The notes under the pieces: model-generated | The model's input: the letters and a program-made list of their open reading frames with translations, nothing else | Told to the model about the DNA's origin: nothing | Databases searched by the model: none | Position numbers and translations under genes: made by a program | NCBI GenBank assembly: GCA_005881595.1 | Contig: VBBY01000021.1 | Coordinates: 39,977-103,976 of the forward strand | DNA length: 64,000 nucleotides | Direction: 5' to 3' | Source of the DNA: Betaproteobacteria bacterium | GTDB lineage: Bacteria; Pseudomonadota; Gammaproteobacteria; Burkholderiales; SG8-39 | Shown here: piece by piece, positions 29,716 through 38,392 of the stretch | How the letters are laid out: the number at the start of each line of letters is the position of its first letter | Numbering within the stretch: position 1 is the first letter of the stretch

Positions 29716-31467
29716 ATGAGGTTTGGGACAACGGCTGCGGTAGCGTTGCTGGCAGGTCTGCTGAGCGCTTGCGCCCAGGCACCGGTCAAGCCGGCAGAGT
29801 CGCATCTCCGGGCCGGCGAGCCGCGGCCCGAGGGCTTGATTCCGCCGCCGGTTCAGATGGCGCCGGTGCTGCCGCGGCCGAAGCCGAGCGTCAGGCCGGA
29901 GACCTATAGCGTAGTCGTCAGCAACGTGCGGGTGCAGGAATTGCTGTTCGCCCTCGCGCGCGACGCCAGGCTGAATGTCGACATCAGCCCCGACATCACC
30001 GGCACCGCCACCCTCAATGCGATCGACCAGACGCTGCCGCAGCTGCTGTCACGGATCTCGCGCCAGGTAGACCTGCGCTGGGAAATCGACGGGCAAACCC
30101 TCGTCGTGATGCGCGATACGCCGTTCCTGCGCGCCTACAAGATCGACTATCTCAGCGCGGCACGCAACGTGACGATGAAGTCGACGGCGTCGACGCTGTT
30201 CGGCGGCGGTACCGGTGCCGCCGCTGCCTCGGGCGCGGCGACGACGGGCGCGACCGCGACCATCGACGTCACAGCGGAGAACAAGCTGTGGGAGTCGATC
30301 GTGCTGAACGTGAAGGAAATTCTGCGCGAGACCGACAAGATCCTGCCCGCCGCTGCGACAGCGGCGGCCATACCGGTGCAGCCGCCGCCGGTCGCGCCTG
30401 GCCCCGGGCAGAGCGCCACCGCTCCGGGGCCGGCGGCGCCGCCGGCCCCCACCTACCAGGAGGCGGCTTCGGTCATTGCCAACCGCGAGAGCGGAGTCCT
30501 CTATGTGAGGGCAACTTCCAAGCAGCATGAAAAGGTGCAGGAATTTCTCGACCAGGTCATGGCGGGCGCCAAGCGCCAGGTGCTGGTCGAGGCCACCGTG
30601 GCCGAAGTCCAGCTGAGAAACGAATACCAGCGCGGCATCGAGTGGCAGCGCCTGCGCTCGGGACCGGGGGGCTTCGAGCTCACGCAGCCAGGGCTTCCGC
30701 CGCCGACAGGATTCAACCCCAACCCGTTCGTGATCGGCTACGTGTCGACCGGCAACAATTTCTCGGTGACGTTGAAGCTGCTCGAGCAGTTCGGCGATGT
30801 CAGGGTGCTGTCGAGCCCGAAGCTCAGCGTTATGAATAACCAGACCGCGATCCTGCGGGTGACGCGGGACATCATCTATTTCACCATCACCCCCTCCACC
30901 CAGCCGATCACCTTCACGGGCGGCGGAGCCGGCGGCATCACGGTCAACGCCTCGTTCACCACGACCCCCAACGTCGCCGCCGAGGGATTCATGATGGCAG
31001 TGCTGCCGCAGATCAACGAAACCGATGGCGTCGTGCTCAACGTGAGGCCGACGATCCGCCGCCAGGTCGCCAGCGCCCGGGATCCCAATCCGGCGCTGCA
31101 GGGGCTGGCGACCCAGAACGACATTCCCCTGTTCGAGACGCGCGAGTTCGATTCGATCCTCCGGCTGCAGAGCGGCGAGATCGCCGTGCTGGCCGGCCTG
31201 ATGCAGGACCAGGTGGAAAACACCGACGCCGGAATTCCCGGCATCCGCAGCATCCCGCTCGTCGGCGAGGCGCTTTCGTCGCGCAGCGATCTGACGAGGA
31301 AGACGGAGCTGGTCATCTTTCTGCGCGCCAGCGTGATCCGCGATCCCAGCACCGAGGGCGACTTCCGCAGGTTCCGCGACCAGCTCCCGGGCGGTGACTT
31401 CTTTACGAAGCCGAACCCGGGCCGCATCGCTCCGCCCGTCGCGCCGGCGGGCGAGCCGCTACGGTGA
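29716..31467 (+). CDS. Secretin, lipoprotein type (MshL-like)
   Basis: MRFGTTAAVALLAGLLSAC lipobox. N-domain (YSVVVSNVRVQELLFALARDARLNVDI...), Ala/Gly/Pro/Thr-rich linkers, secretin core (VLVEATVAEVQL...VRVLSSPKLSVMNNQTAIL...IPLFETREFDSILRLQSGEIAVLAGL...PGIRSIPLVG...ELVIFLRASVI). An alternative ATG lies at 29677. Confidence 0.9.
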   Translation: MRFGTTAAVALLAGLLSACAQAPVKPAESHLRAGEPRPEGLIPPPVQMAPVLPRPKPSVRPETYSVVVSNVRVQELLFALARDARLNVDISPDITGTATLNAIDQTLPQLLSRISRQVDLRWEIDGQTLVVMRDTPFLRAYKIDYLSAARNVTMKSTASTLFGGGTGAAAASGAATTGATATIDVTAENKLWESIVLNVKEILRETDKILPAAATAAAIPVQPPPVAPGPGQSATAPGPAAPPAPTYQEAASVIANRESGVLYVRATSKQHEKVQEFLDQVMAGAKRQVLVEATVAEVQLRNEYQRGIEWQRLRSGPGGFELTQPGLPPPTGFNPNPFVIGYVSTGNNFSVTLKLLEQFGDVRVLSSPKLSVMNNQTAILRVTRDIIYFTITPSTQPITFTGGGAGGITVNASFTTTPNVAAEGFMMAVLPQINETDGVVLNVRPTIRRQVASARDPNPALQGLATQNDIPLFETREFDSILRLQSGEIAVLAGLMQDQVENTDAGIPGIRSIPLVGEALSSRSDLTRKTELVIFLRASVIRDPSTEGDFRRFRDQLPGGDFFTKPNPGRIAPPVAPAGEPLR

Positions 31468-31468
31468 C

Positions 31469-32791
31469 ATGAGCCTGCTCCTCGAGGCGCTGAAAAAAGC
31501 CGAGAAGGCGAAAGAAGAGGCGCAGAAGCGGGCGCGCGGCGACTCGGGCGGCGCAGCGGGAGAGTTGCGCCTGGAAGGCGAGGCCGCGCCCGCAGTCGAC
31601 AACACGCGCGTCGTTACGCGTCCCGAGCTGCCCGACATCTCGCAGCCGCTTGAGATCGTCAGCGACGACCTGGCCGTGAAGGAGCCGGCGAGCGCCGGGG
31701 AGAAGCTGTCGCCTGAATACACGGCGGCGCCGTCGCCGCGGCCGCAAGCCCCGCTTCGCGAAGCCGATCCCCGATCCGCTGACCGTGCGGCGGCAAGGAA
31801 GGTGTTCGAGGCAAAGTTCAAGGAGCCGAATCCGCGCATGCCCTTTTACATCGCCATGGGCGTGCTCGGCGTGTTCGCGCTCGGCACGGTCGGCTATTTC
31901 TGGTATCAGCTTCGACCGCCTTATGCCCTGGTCAACGCCAATCCGCCGCGGCCCGACGGCGAAGCGGTGGTTGCGGCGGCCGCCGAGACCACTGCGCCGA
32001 CAAGACCTGCCGCCGCGCCAACTGGCCAGGGGCCGATCCCCGGTCTTCCGGGGTCCGCTGCGCTGCCCGCGCCGACACCAGCCCGCACACCGGCGGCGGC
32101 TTCTTCCCCGACGCAGATATTGGCCGTACCCAAACCAGCGGCCAGGCCCCTTCTGAGCGCTCCGCCCGCGCGCCTCATCCCGGACTCGCCCATCGTCGTC
32201 CCGGAACGCCGCGCCGCACCTCAGGTGCATCCAAAGGTCGAGTCGGGCTATGCCGCCTATCTCGCCGGCGACCTGGCCACCGCGCGCGCCGACTACCAGG
32301 AGGTATTGCGCGAGGAACCGGCCAACCGCGATGCCCTGCTCGGGCTGGCCGCCATCGACGTGCGCACCGGGCGTTATGAGCCCGCTGAGGCGATCTACCT
32401 CCGGCTTCTGCAATCCGACCCGCGCGACTCCCATGCGCACGCGGCGCTGATCGAGTTGCGCGCAGGCCGCATGGACCCGCTGGCCGCCGAGAGCCGCGTC
32501 AAGTCGCTGCTGGCCAACGACCCGGCCGCCGACGTGCTGTATTTCACGCTCGGCAACCAGCTCGCGCTGCAGGGCCGCTGGGCCGAGGCGCAGCAGTACT
32601 ACTCCAAGGCGTTTGCCGCCGATCCGGACAACGCCGACTTCGCCTATAACCTCGCGGTGAGCCTCGATCACCTGCGCCAGCCCAAGCTCGCGCTCGAGTA
32701 TTACGCTCGCGCACTCGCGCTGGCGGAGAAACGCGCCGCGAGCTTCGAGCTTGCGACGGTCCGCAGCCGCGTGCAGCAGCTCGGCCATTGA
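31469..32791 (+). CDS. Bitopic protein with GspB-like N-terminus, Pro/Ala-rich linker and periplasmic TPR repeats (MshN-like role)
   Basis: 440 aa. MSLLLEALKKAEKAKEE (GspB/ExeB-type N-terminus), TM MPFYIAMGVLGVFALGTVGYFWY, then 4 or more TPR-like repeats. ATG is 1 nt after the secretin stop. Confidence 0.8.
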   Translation: MSLLLEALKKAEKAKEEAQKRARGDSGGAAGELRLEGEAAPAVDNTRVVTRPELPDISQPLEIVSDDLAVKEPASAGEKLSPEYTAAPSPRPQAPLREADPRSADRAAARKVFEAKFKEPNPRMPFYIAMGVLGVFALGTVGYFWYQLRPPYALVNANPPRPDGEAVVAAAAETTAPTRPAAAPTGQGPIPGLPGSAALPAPTPARTPAAASSPTQILAVPKPAARPLLSAPPARLIPDSPIVVPERRAAPQVHPKVESGYAAYLAGDLATARADYQEVLREEPANRDALLGLAAIDVRTGRYEPAEAIYLRLLQSDPRDSHAHAALIELRAGRMDPLAAESRVKSLLANDPAADVLYFTLGNQLALQGRWAEAQQYYSKAFAADPDNADFAYNLAVSLDHLRQPKLALEYYARALALAEKRAASFELATVRSRVQQLGH

Positions 32792-32862
32792 CACTTTCTG
32801 ACTGCGGTCGTGGATTCTGACCTGCGGCCAATACTGGTGCCCGATATCATTGTTCCGTCCGG

Positions 32863-34572
32863 ATGAACTCACCCACCAATCCGCAGGCAAAGCGGCACAT
32901 CGGCCAGATCCTGATCGACCAGGGCATCCTGACCGAGGACCAGCTGCGCATCGCGCTGCTCGAGCAGACCAAGCAGCACATGCCGGTAGGAAGGCTGCTG
33001 GTGCAGCTCGGCTTCGTGTCCGAGGCGACGCTGCGCGATGCGCTGTCGGAAAAGCTCGGGCTGCAGTCGGTGGACCTGGGACGCATCATCGTCGACCCGG
33101 CGGCGCTCAAGACGCTGCCGCGCGACATGGCGCGGCGCTACCGCGTGTTCCCCGTAGCGCTCGACCGCCAGCAGAAAAAGTTCATCGTCGCCCTCTCCGA
33201 CACCAATAACATCGTCGCGATCGACCAGCTGCGCGCGCACCTGAAGGGCGAGTTCGAGGTCGAGCTGCGCCTCGCCGGCGACACCGAGATCGACCGCGCC
33301 ATCGAGCACTACTACGGGCACGAGTTCTCGATCGACGGCATCCTGAAGGAGATCGAGACCGGCGAGGTCGACTACACGACCATCGTCGACGGCGACGAGT
33401 ACTCGCAGCCGGTGGTGCGCCTGATCTCGGCGCTGCTCGCCGACTCGGTGGAGCGCGCCGCCTCGGACATCCACTTCGAGCCCGAGCAGAACTTCCTGCG
33501 CATCCGCTACCGCATCGACGGCGTGCTGCGCCAGATCCGCTCGCTGCACAAGACCTACTGGCCGGCGATGGCCGTGCGCATCAAGGTGATGGCGAAAATG
33601 AACATTGCCGAGACCCGCGCGCCGCAGGACGGCCGCATCTCCGCCACCATGTCGGGCCGCGTCGTCGACTTCCGCGTCGCCAGCCTGCCGACCAGCCACG
33701 GCGAGAACCTGGTGCTGCGCATCCTCGACCGGCAAAAGGGCATCGTGCCGCTCGACAAGCTCGGCCTGGAGGAGGAGCAGCTCGAGCTGCTCAAGCGCAT
33801 GATCGCCCGGCCGGAGGGCATCATCCTGGTCACCGGGCCGACCGGGAGCGGCAAGACCACGACGCTCTACTCGATCCTCAACCACATCAACTCCGACGGC
33901 ATCAACGTGATGACGCTCGAGGACCCGGTCGAGTACCCGATGACGCTGATCCGCCAGACTTCGGTGGCCGAGGCGGCGAAGCTCGATTTCGCGAACGGCA
34001 TCCGCGCCATGATGCGCCAGGACCCCGACGTCATCCTGGTCGGCGAGATCCGCGACCAGGAGACCGCCGAGATGGCGTTCCGCGCCGCGATGACTGGCCA
34101 CCAGGTGTACACGACGCTGCACACCAACTCCGCGGTGGGCGCCTTCCCGCGGCTGCTCGACATCGGCATCGTGCCCGACACCATGGCGGGCAACATCATC
34201 GGCATCCTAGCGCAGCGCCTGGTGAGGAGACTGTGCCGCACCTGCCGGCAGTCCTATGACCCGGACGCTCGGGAGCGCCGGCTGCTCGGCGTGGCGCCCA
34301 CCGAGTCCGCAGCGCTCTACCGCGCAGTCGGTTGCGAGCACTGCGACTACCAGGGGTTTCGCGGGCGCCAGTCGATCCTCGAGATCCTCAAGGTCGACGG
34401 CGCGCTCGACGAGATGGTGGCGCGCCGCGCCACCGCGCGCGAGATCCTCGCTGCGGCGCGCGTCCAGGGCTTCAAGACCCTCGCCGACGACGGCGCACGC
34501 CTGGTCCGCCAGGGGGCCACCAGCCTGGACGAGCTGATGCGCGTGGTCGACCTGACCGACCGCATGGCCTGA
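32863..34572 (+). CDS. GspE/PilB/MshE-family assembly ATPase with N-terminal MshEN-like domain
   Basis: 569 aa. Walker A GPTGSGKTT, Asp box LEDPVEY, Walker B DVILVGEIRD, His box TLHTNSA, CxxC...CxxC (CRTC...CEHC). Two 24-aa MshEN-type motifs at residues 12-64. Confidence 0.95.
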   Translation: MNSPTNPQAKRHIGQILIDQGILTEDQLRIALLEQTKQHMPVGRLLVQLGFVSEATLRDALSEKLGLQSVDLGRIIVDPAALKTLPRDMARRYRVFPVALDRQQKKFIVALSDTNNIVAIDQLRAHLKGEFEVELRLAGDTEIDRAIEHYYGHEFSIDGILKEIETGEVDYTTIVDGDEYSQPVVRLISALLADSVERAASDIHFEPEQNFLRIRYRIDGVLRQIRSLHKTYWPAMAVRIKVMAKMNIAETRAPQDGRISATMSGRVVDFRVASLPTSHGENLVLRILDRQKGIVPLDKLGLEEEQLELLKRMIARPEGIILVTGPTGSGKTTTLYSILNHINSDGINVMTLEDPVEYPMTLIRQTSVAEAAKLDFANGIRAMMRQDPDVILVGEIRDQETAEMAFRAAMTGHQVYTTLHTNSAVGAFPRLLDIGIVPDTMAGNIIGILAQRLVRRLCRTCRQSYDPDARERRLLGVAPTESAALYRAVGCEHCDYQGFRGRQSILEILKVDGALDEMVARRATAREILAAARVQGFKTLADDGARLVRQGATSLDELMRVVDLTDRMA

Positions 34573-34588
34573 GCCGCCGGGAGGCCCA

Positions 34589-35794
34589 TTGCCCCTCTTC
34601 ACCTACAAGGCCATAGACGCCCGGGGCAAGAGCGTGGTGGGCCGGGTGGAGGCGGTGAACCTGTTCGATCTCGAGCAGCGCCTAGCGCGCATGGAGCTCG
34701 ATCTCGTGCTCGGCGCCCCCTCCAGCACGCGCTCCCGGCTCATCGGCGGCGGCAAAGTCACGCGCCAGGACCTGATCAACTTCTGCTTTCACCTCGAGCA
34801 GCTCGCCAGCGCCGGGGTGCCGGTCATGGAGGGCCTGGCCGACCTGCGCGAGAGCGTCGAGAACCCGCGCTTCCGGGAGGTGGTGTCCGGGATGATCGAA
34901 TCGATCGAAGGCGGCCGCAACCTGTCGCAAGCGCTCGCCGAGTACCCCGAGGTGTATGGCAGGGTGTTCGTGAGCCTCGTGCGCTCAGGCGAGCAGACCG
35001 GAAAGCTGCCCGAGGTGCTGCGCAGCCTCTCCGAGTCGCTGAAGTGGGAGGACGAGCTCGCGGCGCAGACCAAGAAGCTGTTGATGTACCCGGCGTTCGT
35101 CGGCAGCGTCGTGCTGCTGGTCACCTTCTTCCTGATGATCTACCTGGTGCCGCAGATGACCGGGTTCATCCGCAACATGGGGCAGGATATCCCGCTGCAG
35201 ACGCGCATCCTGATGGCGGTGTCCGACTTTTTCGTGAACTACTGGTGGGCCGTCGTCGCCGCGCCGTTCGCCGCCTGGTTCGGCCTCAAGCTTGCGATGC
35301 AGACGAACCCGGCCGTCGAGTACGCCGTGGACCACTACAAGATCACGATGCCGCTGATCGGCCCGATCCTGAGAAAGATCATCCTGTCGCGTTTCGCCTC
35401 GAGCTTCGCCATGATGTATGCCTCGGGCATCACGGTCCTCGACGCGATCCGCAGCTGCGAGGAAATCGTCGGCAACCGGCCCCTGGAAGCCGCCTTGCAC
35501 CGGGCCGGCCAGCAGATCGCGGAGGGCAAGAACCTGACGGCGGCGTTCCAGGATCTCGGCGTGTTCCCGGCGCTCGTGATCCGGATGCTGCGCATCGGCG
35601 AAAACACCGGGGCGCTCGACACGGCGCTGCTCAACGTCAGCTATTTCTACAACCGCGAAGTGAAGGAATCGATCGGCAAGGTGCAGGCGATGATCGAGCC
35701 GGCCCTGACGCTGGTGCTCGGCGCAATTCTCGGCTGGGTGATGCTGTCGGTCCTCGGGCCGGTGTACGACACGATCTCGAAGATGAAATTCTAG
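34589..35794 (+). CDS. GspF/PilC/MshG-family inner-membrane platform protein
   Basis: 401 aa. TTG start preceded by GGGAGG. Duplicated T2SSF repeats (...LSQALAEYPEVYGRVFVSLVRSGEQTGKL... / ...LTAAFQDLGVFPALVIRMLRIGENTGALD...), 3 TM. Confidence 0.93.
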   Translation: MPLFTYKAIDARGKSVVGRVEAVNLFDLEQRLARMELDLVLGAPSSTRSRLIGGGKVTRQDLINFCFHLEQLASAGVPVMEGLADLRESVENPRFREVVSGMIESIEGGRNLSQALAEYPEVYGRVFVSLVRSGEQTGKLPEVLRSLSESLKWEDELAAQTKKLLMYPAFVGSVVLLVTFFLMIYLVPQMTGFIRNMGQDIPLQTRILMAVSDFFVNYWWAVVAAPFAAWFGLKLAMQTNPAVEYAVDHYKITMPLIGPILRKIILSRFASSFAMMYASGITVLDAIRSCEEIVGNRPLEAALHRAGQQIAEGKNLTAAFQDLGVFPALVIRMLRIGENTGALDTALLNVSYFYNREVKESIGKVQAMIEPALTLVLGAILGWVMLSVLGPVYDTISKMKF

Positions 35795-35796
35795 CC

Positions 35797-37356
35797 ATGG
35801 CCACGCGGCGCATTCTCTACTTCACGGCCGAGGACCATTACCTCTACCGCAGCGCCGGGGCGGGGCTCGAGCTGGAGACGAAGTTCTCCGGCGACGACCT
35901 CGGCGTCACGGCGTTCCGCGAGCACCTGCGCGGCCTGAAGGGCGAGCTGTTCTGCGTGCTGGTCGATGTCGCGGGCGAGGACTTCCACGAGGACCAGATT
36001 CCGTTCCTGCGCGGCGGCGACCGCGAGGCGGTGCTGCAGCGCCGGCTGGCGCAGCGCTACCGCGACACCCGGCTCGCCGCGGCGCTGTCGCTCGGCTACG
36101 TGGCCGGCACGCGGCGCAACGAACGGCTGCTGCTCGCCTCGTTCACGAACACGCAGCAGCTTGCGCCCTGGCTGGATGCGCTGGAGGAAGCGGGCACCAA
36201 GCTGACCGGCGTCTACTCGGTGCCGCTGCTCGCGCCGGCGCTGGCGCGCAAGCTGGGCGCGAAAGCCGGCCGCGCCTTCGTCGTCACGATCAACCGGGCG
36301 GGGTTGCGGCAGTGCTTCATCGAGGCGGGCCGGTTGCGGTTCGCGCGCCTGGAGCGCACCGTGGACATGGTGCCGCAGGCGCTCGCCATATTCGTGCGCT
36401 CCGAGATGCTGCGGCTCGCGCAGTACCTGGGCACGTTGCGCGTGCTTCCCCGCGAGGGGCCGCCGGTGCAGGTATTCGTGGTCGCGCCGCGCGCGCAGCG
36501 CTCGACTTTCGAGCAGGCGCTGGTGTCCGACGCCCGGCTCGTGTTCCACACCGTCGACGAAGGCGAGGCGCTGCGCAGCGTCGGCGTGCGCCGTGCGCCC
36601 GAGCGGATCCTCGGTGAAGCGCTGTATCTGCATCTCGCGGCGAAAAAGCCGCCGCGCGAACAGTTCGCAAGCAGCGCCGAGCGGCGCCGCTATCAGGTAT
36701 GGCGGCTGCAGCGCGGCATCGTCGCTGCCGGCGCGCTCGGCTTCGCTGCCTGCGCGCTGTATGCCGGAGCGCAATGGATCGAGGCCTGGCAGGTGCGCGA
36801 CCGCGCTGCTAGCCAGCAGCACGACGCGCGTCTTGCCGCCGCGCAATATGGGCGCATCACCGCGGGCTTTCCGGTGACCCAGACCTCGACGGAGAACCTG
36901 AAGGTCGCGGTGGTCGAGTTTCGGCGCATCGCCGAGCGCAGCGCGTCCCCCGAGAAGGCCTTCGTGCACGTCTCGCGCGTGCTCGAGCAGTTTCCCCAGA
37001 TCGAGCTCGACAGCTTCAACTGGGGCGTGGGGCGACCGGACGCGCGGCGTGACCGACCCGCCGGCGCGCCCCCCGATGCCGCGGCCGCGAAACCCGGGCA
37101 GAGCAGCGCCGCCGAGACGCTGGAGCTTTCCGGCCGCGTCAACGCCACCCAGCGCAACGACTATCGCGCGATCACGGCGCAGGTGCAGCGCTTCGCCGCG
37201 GCGCTCGGCGCATCGCAGGGCTACGAGCTGGTCCGCACGCAGCTGCCCTTCGATATCACGTCGGAGGGCACGCTGACCGGCGACATCGGCGGCAGCAGCG
37301 CGGAGTCCGGCGAGGCGCCGCGCTTCACGGTCACGCTGGCGCGGAGGCTGCCGTGA
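35797..37356 (+). CDS. Bitopic assembly protein, GspL / fused PilM-PilN (MshI)-like
   Basis: 519 aa. About 330-aa cytoplasmic domain, one TM (IVAAGALGFAACALYAGAQWI), about 170-aa periplasmic domain. The position after the E/F genes and the topology fit GspL/MshI. Sequence homology was not verified. Confidence 0.6.
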   Translation: MATRRILYFTAEDHYLYRSAGAGLELETKFSGDDLGVTAFREHLRGLKGELFCVLVDVAGEDFHEDQIPFLRGGDREAVLQRRLAQRYRDTRLAAALSLGYVAGTRRNERLLLASFTNTQQLAPWLDALEEAGTKLTGVYSVPLLAPALARKLGAKAGRAFVVTINRAGLRQCFIEAGRLRFARLERTVDMVPQALAIFVRSEMLRLAQYLGTLRVLPREGPPVQVFVVAPRAQRSTFEQALVSDARLVFHTVDEGEALRSVGVRRAPERILGEALYLHLAAKKPPREQFASSAERRRYQVWRLQRGIVAAGALGFAACALYAGAQWIEAWQVRDRAASQQHDARLAAAQYGRITAGFPVTQTSTENLKVAVVEFRRIAERSASPEKAFVHVSRVLEQFPQIELDSFNWGVGRPDARRDRPAGAPPDAAAAKPGQSSAAETLELSGRVNATQRNDYRAITAQVQRFAAALGASQGYELVRTQLPFDITSEGTLTGDIGGSSAESGEAPRFTVTLARRLP

Positions 37357-37961
37357 CCCTGACGCGCGAAGAGCTCAGGAAGCTGCTGCTGCCGGGCCTC
37401 GCCGCGTTGGCGCTGGTCGCCGCCGGCGCCGGCCTGGTGTGGGGCGCCCAGCAATCGGTGCGCAGCGCCCTGCTGCGGCTTGCCGCGGCCGAGGCCGACC
37501 GCAGGGAAAGCACCGAACGCCTGACCCGCATCGCGGAGGAAGAGCGCGAGGTCAAGGAGAAGCTCGACGTCTATCAGCAACTGAAGCAGCTCAACATCCT
37601 GGGCGAGGAGCACCGGCTGGAATGGGCCGACGCCATCACCCGCATCCGCACTCAGCGCGAGCTGCTCGACCTGCGCTACCGCGTCGACCGGCAGAAGCTG
37701 CTGATCTCGGCGCCCGGCAAGCCCGCCAACGTGGATTTCTACGCCAGCACCATGAAGGTGGAGCTCGCTCTGCTGCACGAGGAAGACCTGCTGCGCTTCC
37801 TTGCCGATCTGCGCGCCTCCGGCAATGCGTACTACTCGGTGAAGCAGTGCCTGATCACGCGCACCGGCCAGGCGGCCACCGGCGCCTCCATCGTGCCGCG
37901 GCTGCGCGCCGATTGCGAGATCGACCTGATCACGATCATCGACCGGGCGGCCAAGCGATGA
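37353..37961 (+). CDS. Bitopic assembly protein, GspM / PilO (MshJ)-like
   Basis: 202 aa, GTG start with a 4-nt overlap. N-terminal TM (LLLPGLAALALVAAGAGLVWG), coiled coil (RIAEEEREVKEKLDVYQQLKQL), C-terminal globular domain. Confidence 0.6.
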   Translation: MTLTREELRKLLLPGLAALALVAAGAGLVWGAQQSVRSALLRLAAAEADRRESTERLTRIAEEEREVKEKLDVYQQLKQLNILGEEHRLEWADAITRIRTQRELLDLRYRVDRQKLLISAPGKPANVDFYASTMKVELALLHEEDLLRFLADLRASGNAYYSVKQCLITRTGQAATGASIVPRLRADCEIDLITIIDRAAKR

Positions 37962-38392
37962 AGCCAGCGCTCGTCTTCCTGCTCGGCCTGTCGCTCGCTG
38001 CGGCGGCTGGTCCCTGCGGGGCGCAGGAATTCGGCCGCCTGTTCTTCACGCCGGAGCAGCGCGCCGCGCTCGACGCCCGGCGCAAGGCGCGCGTGCCGGA
38101 CAGGCCGGCCGCAGCGCCGACCGTCGCTTCGCCCACTACGCGACTCGACGGCTACGTGGTCCGCTCCGAGGGTCGCTCCACGGTCTGGGTAAACGGTGAA
38201 TCGCTCCAGGACGGCTCGGCCGAGAGGCTGCGCGATCCGGGCCGCAGCGGCGACGGGCGAGTGCGCGTGCCGGCCGGTGACGGCGGGGCGCGCATCGGAT
38301 TGAAGCCGGGAGAAGTGCTCGACCGCGGCACCGGTGAAGTGCATGACCTGATCGGCGACGGCGAAATCAAGGTGCGGCGTGGCCGGCCCTGA
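37958..38392 (+). CDS. Small periplasmic protein, PilP / GspC-HR / MshK-like candidate
   Basis: 144 aa. Signal peptide MKPALVFLLGLSLAAAAGPCGA, LFFTPEQRAALD, Pro-rich spacer, beta-rich C-terminus (LDGYVVRSEGRSTVWVNGESL...IGLKPGEVLD). ATGA overlap with the upstream gene. Confidence 0.55.
   Translation: MKPALVFLLGLSLAAAAGPCGAQEFGRLFFTPEQRAALDARRKARVPDRPAAAPTVASPTTRLDGYVVRSEGRSTVWVNGESLQDGSAERLRDPGRSGDGRVRVPAGDGGARIGLKPGEVLDRGTGEVHDLIGDGEIKVRRGRP

Noticed and set aside
30150-30480. Possible DNA tandem-repeat or CRISPR-like array in the secretin gene
   Set aside because: No periodic DNA unit is present. It is in-frame low-complexity Ala/Gly/Pro/Thr coding sequence.
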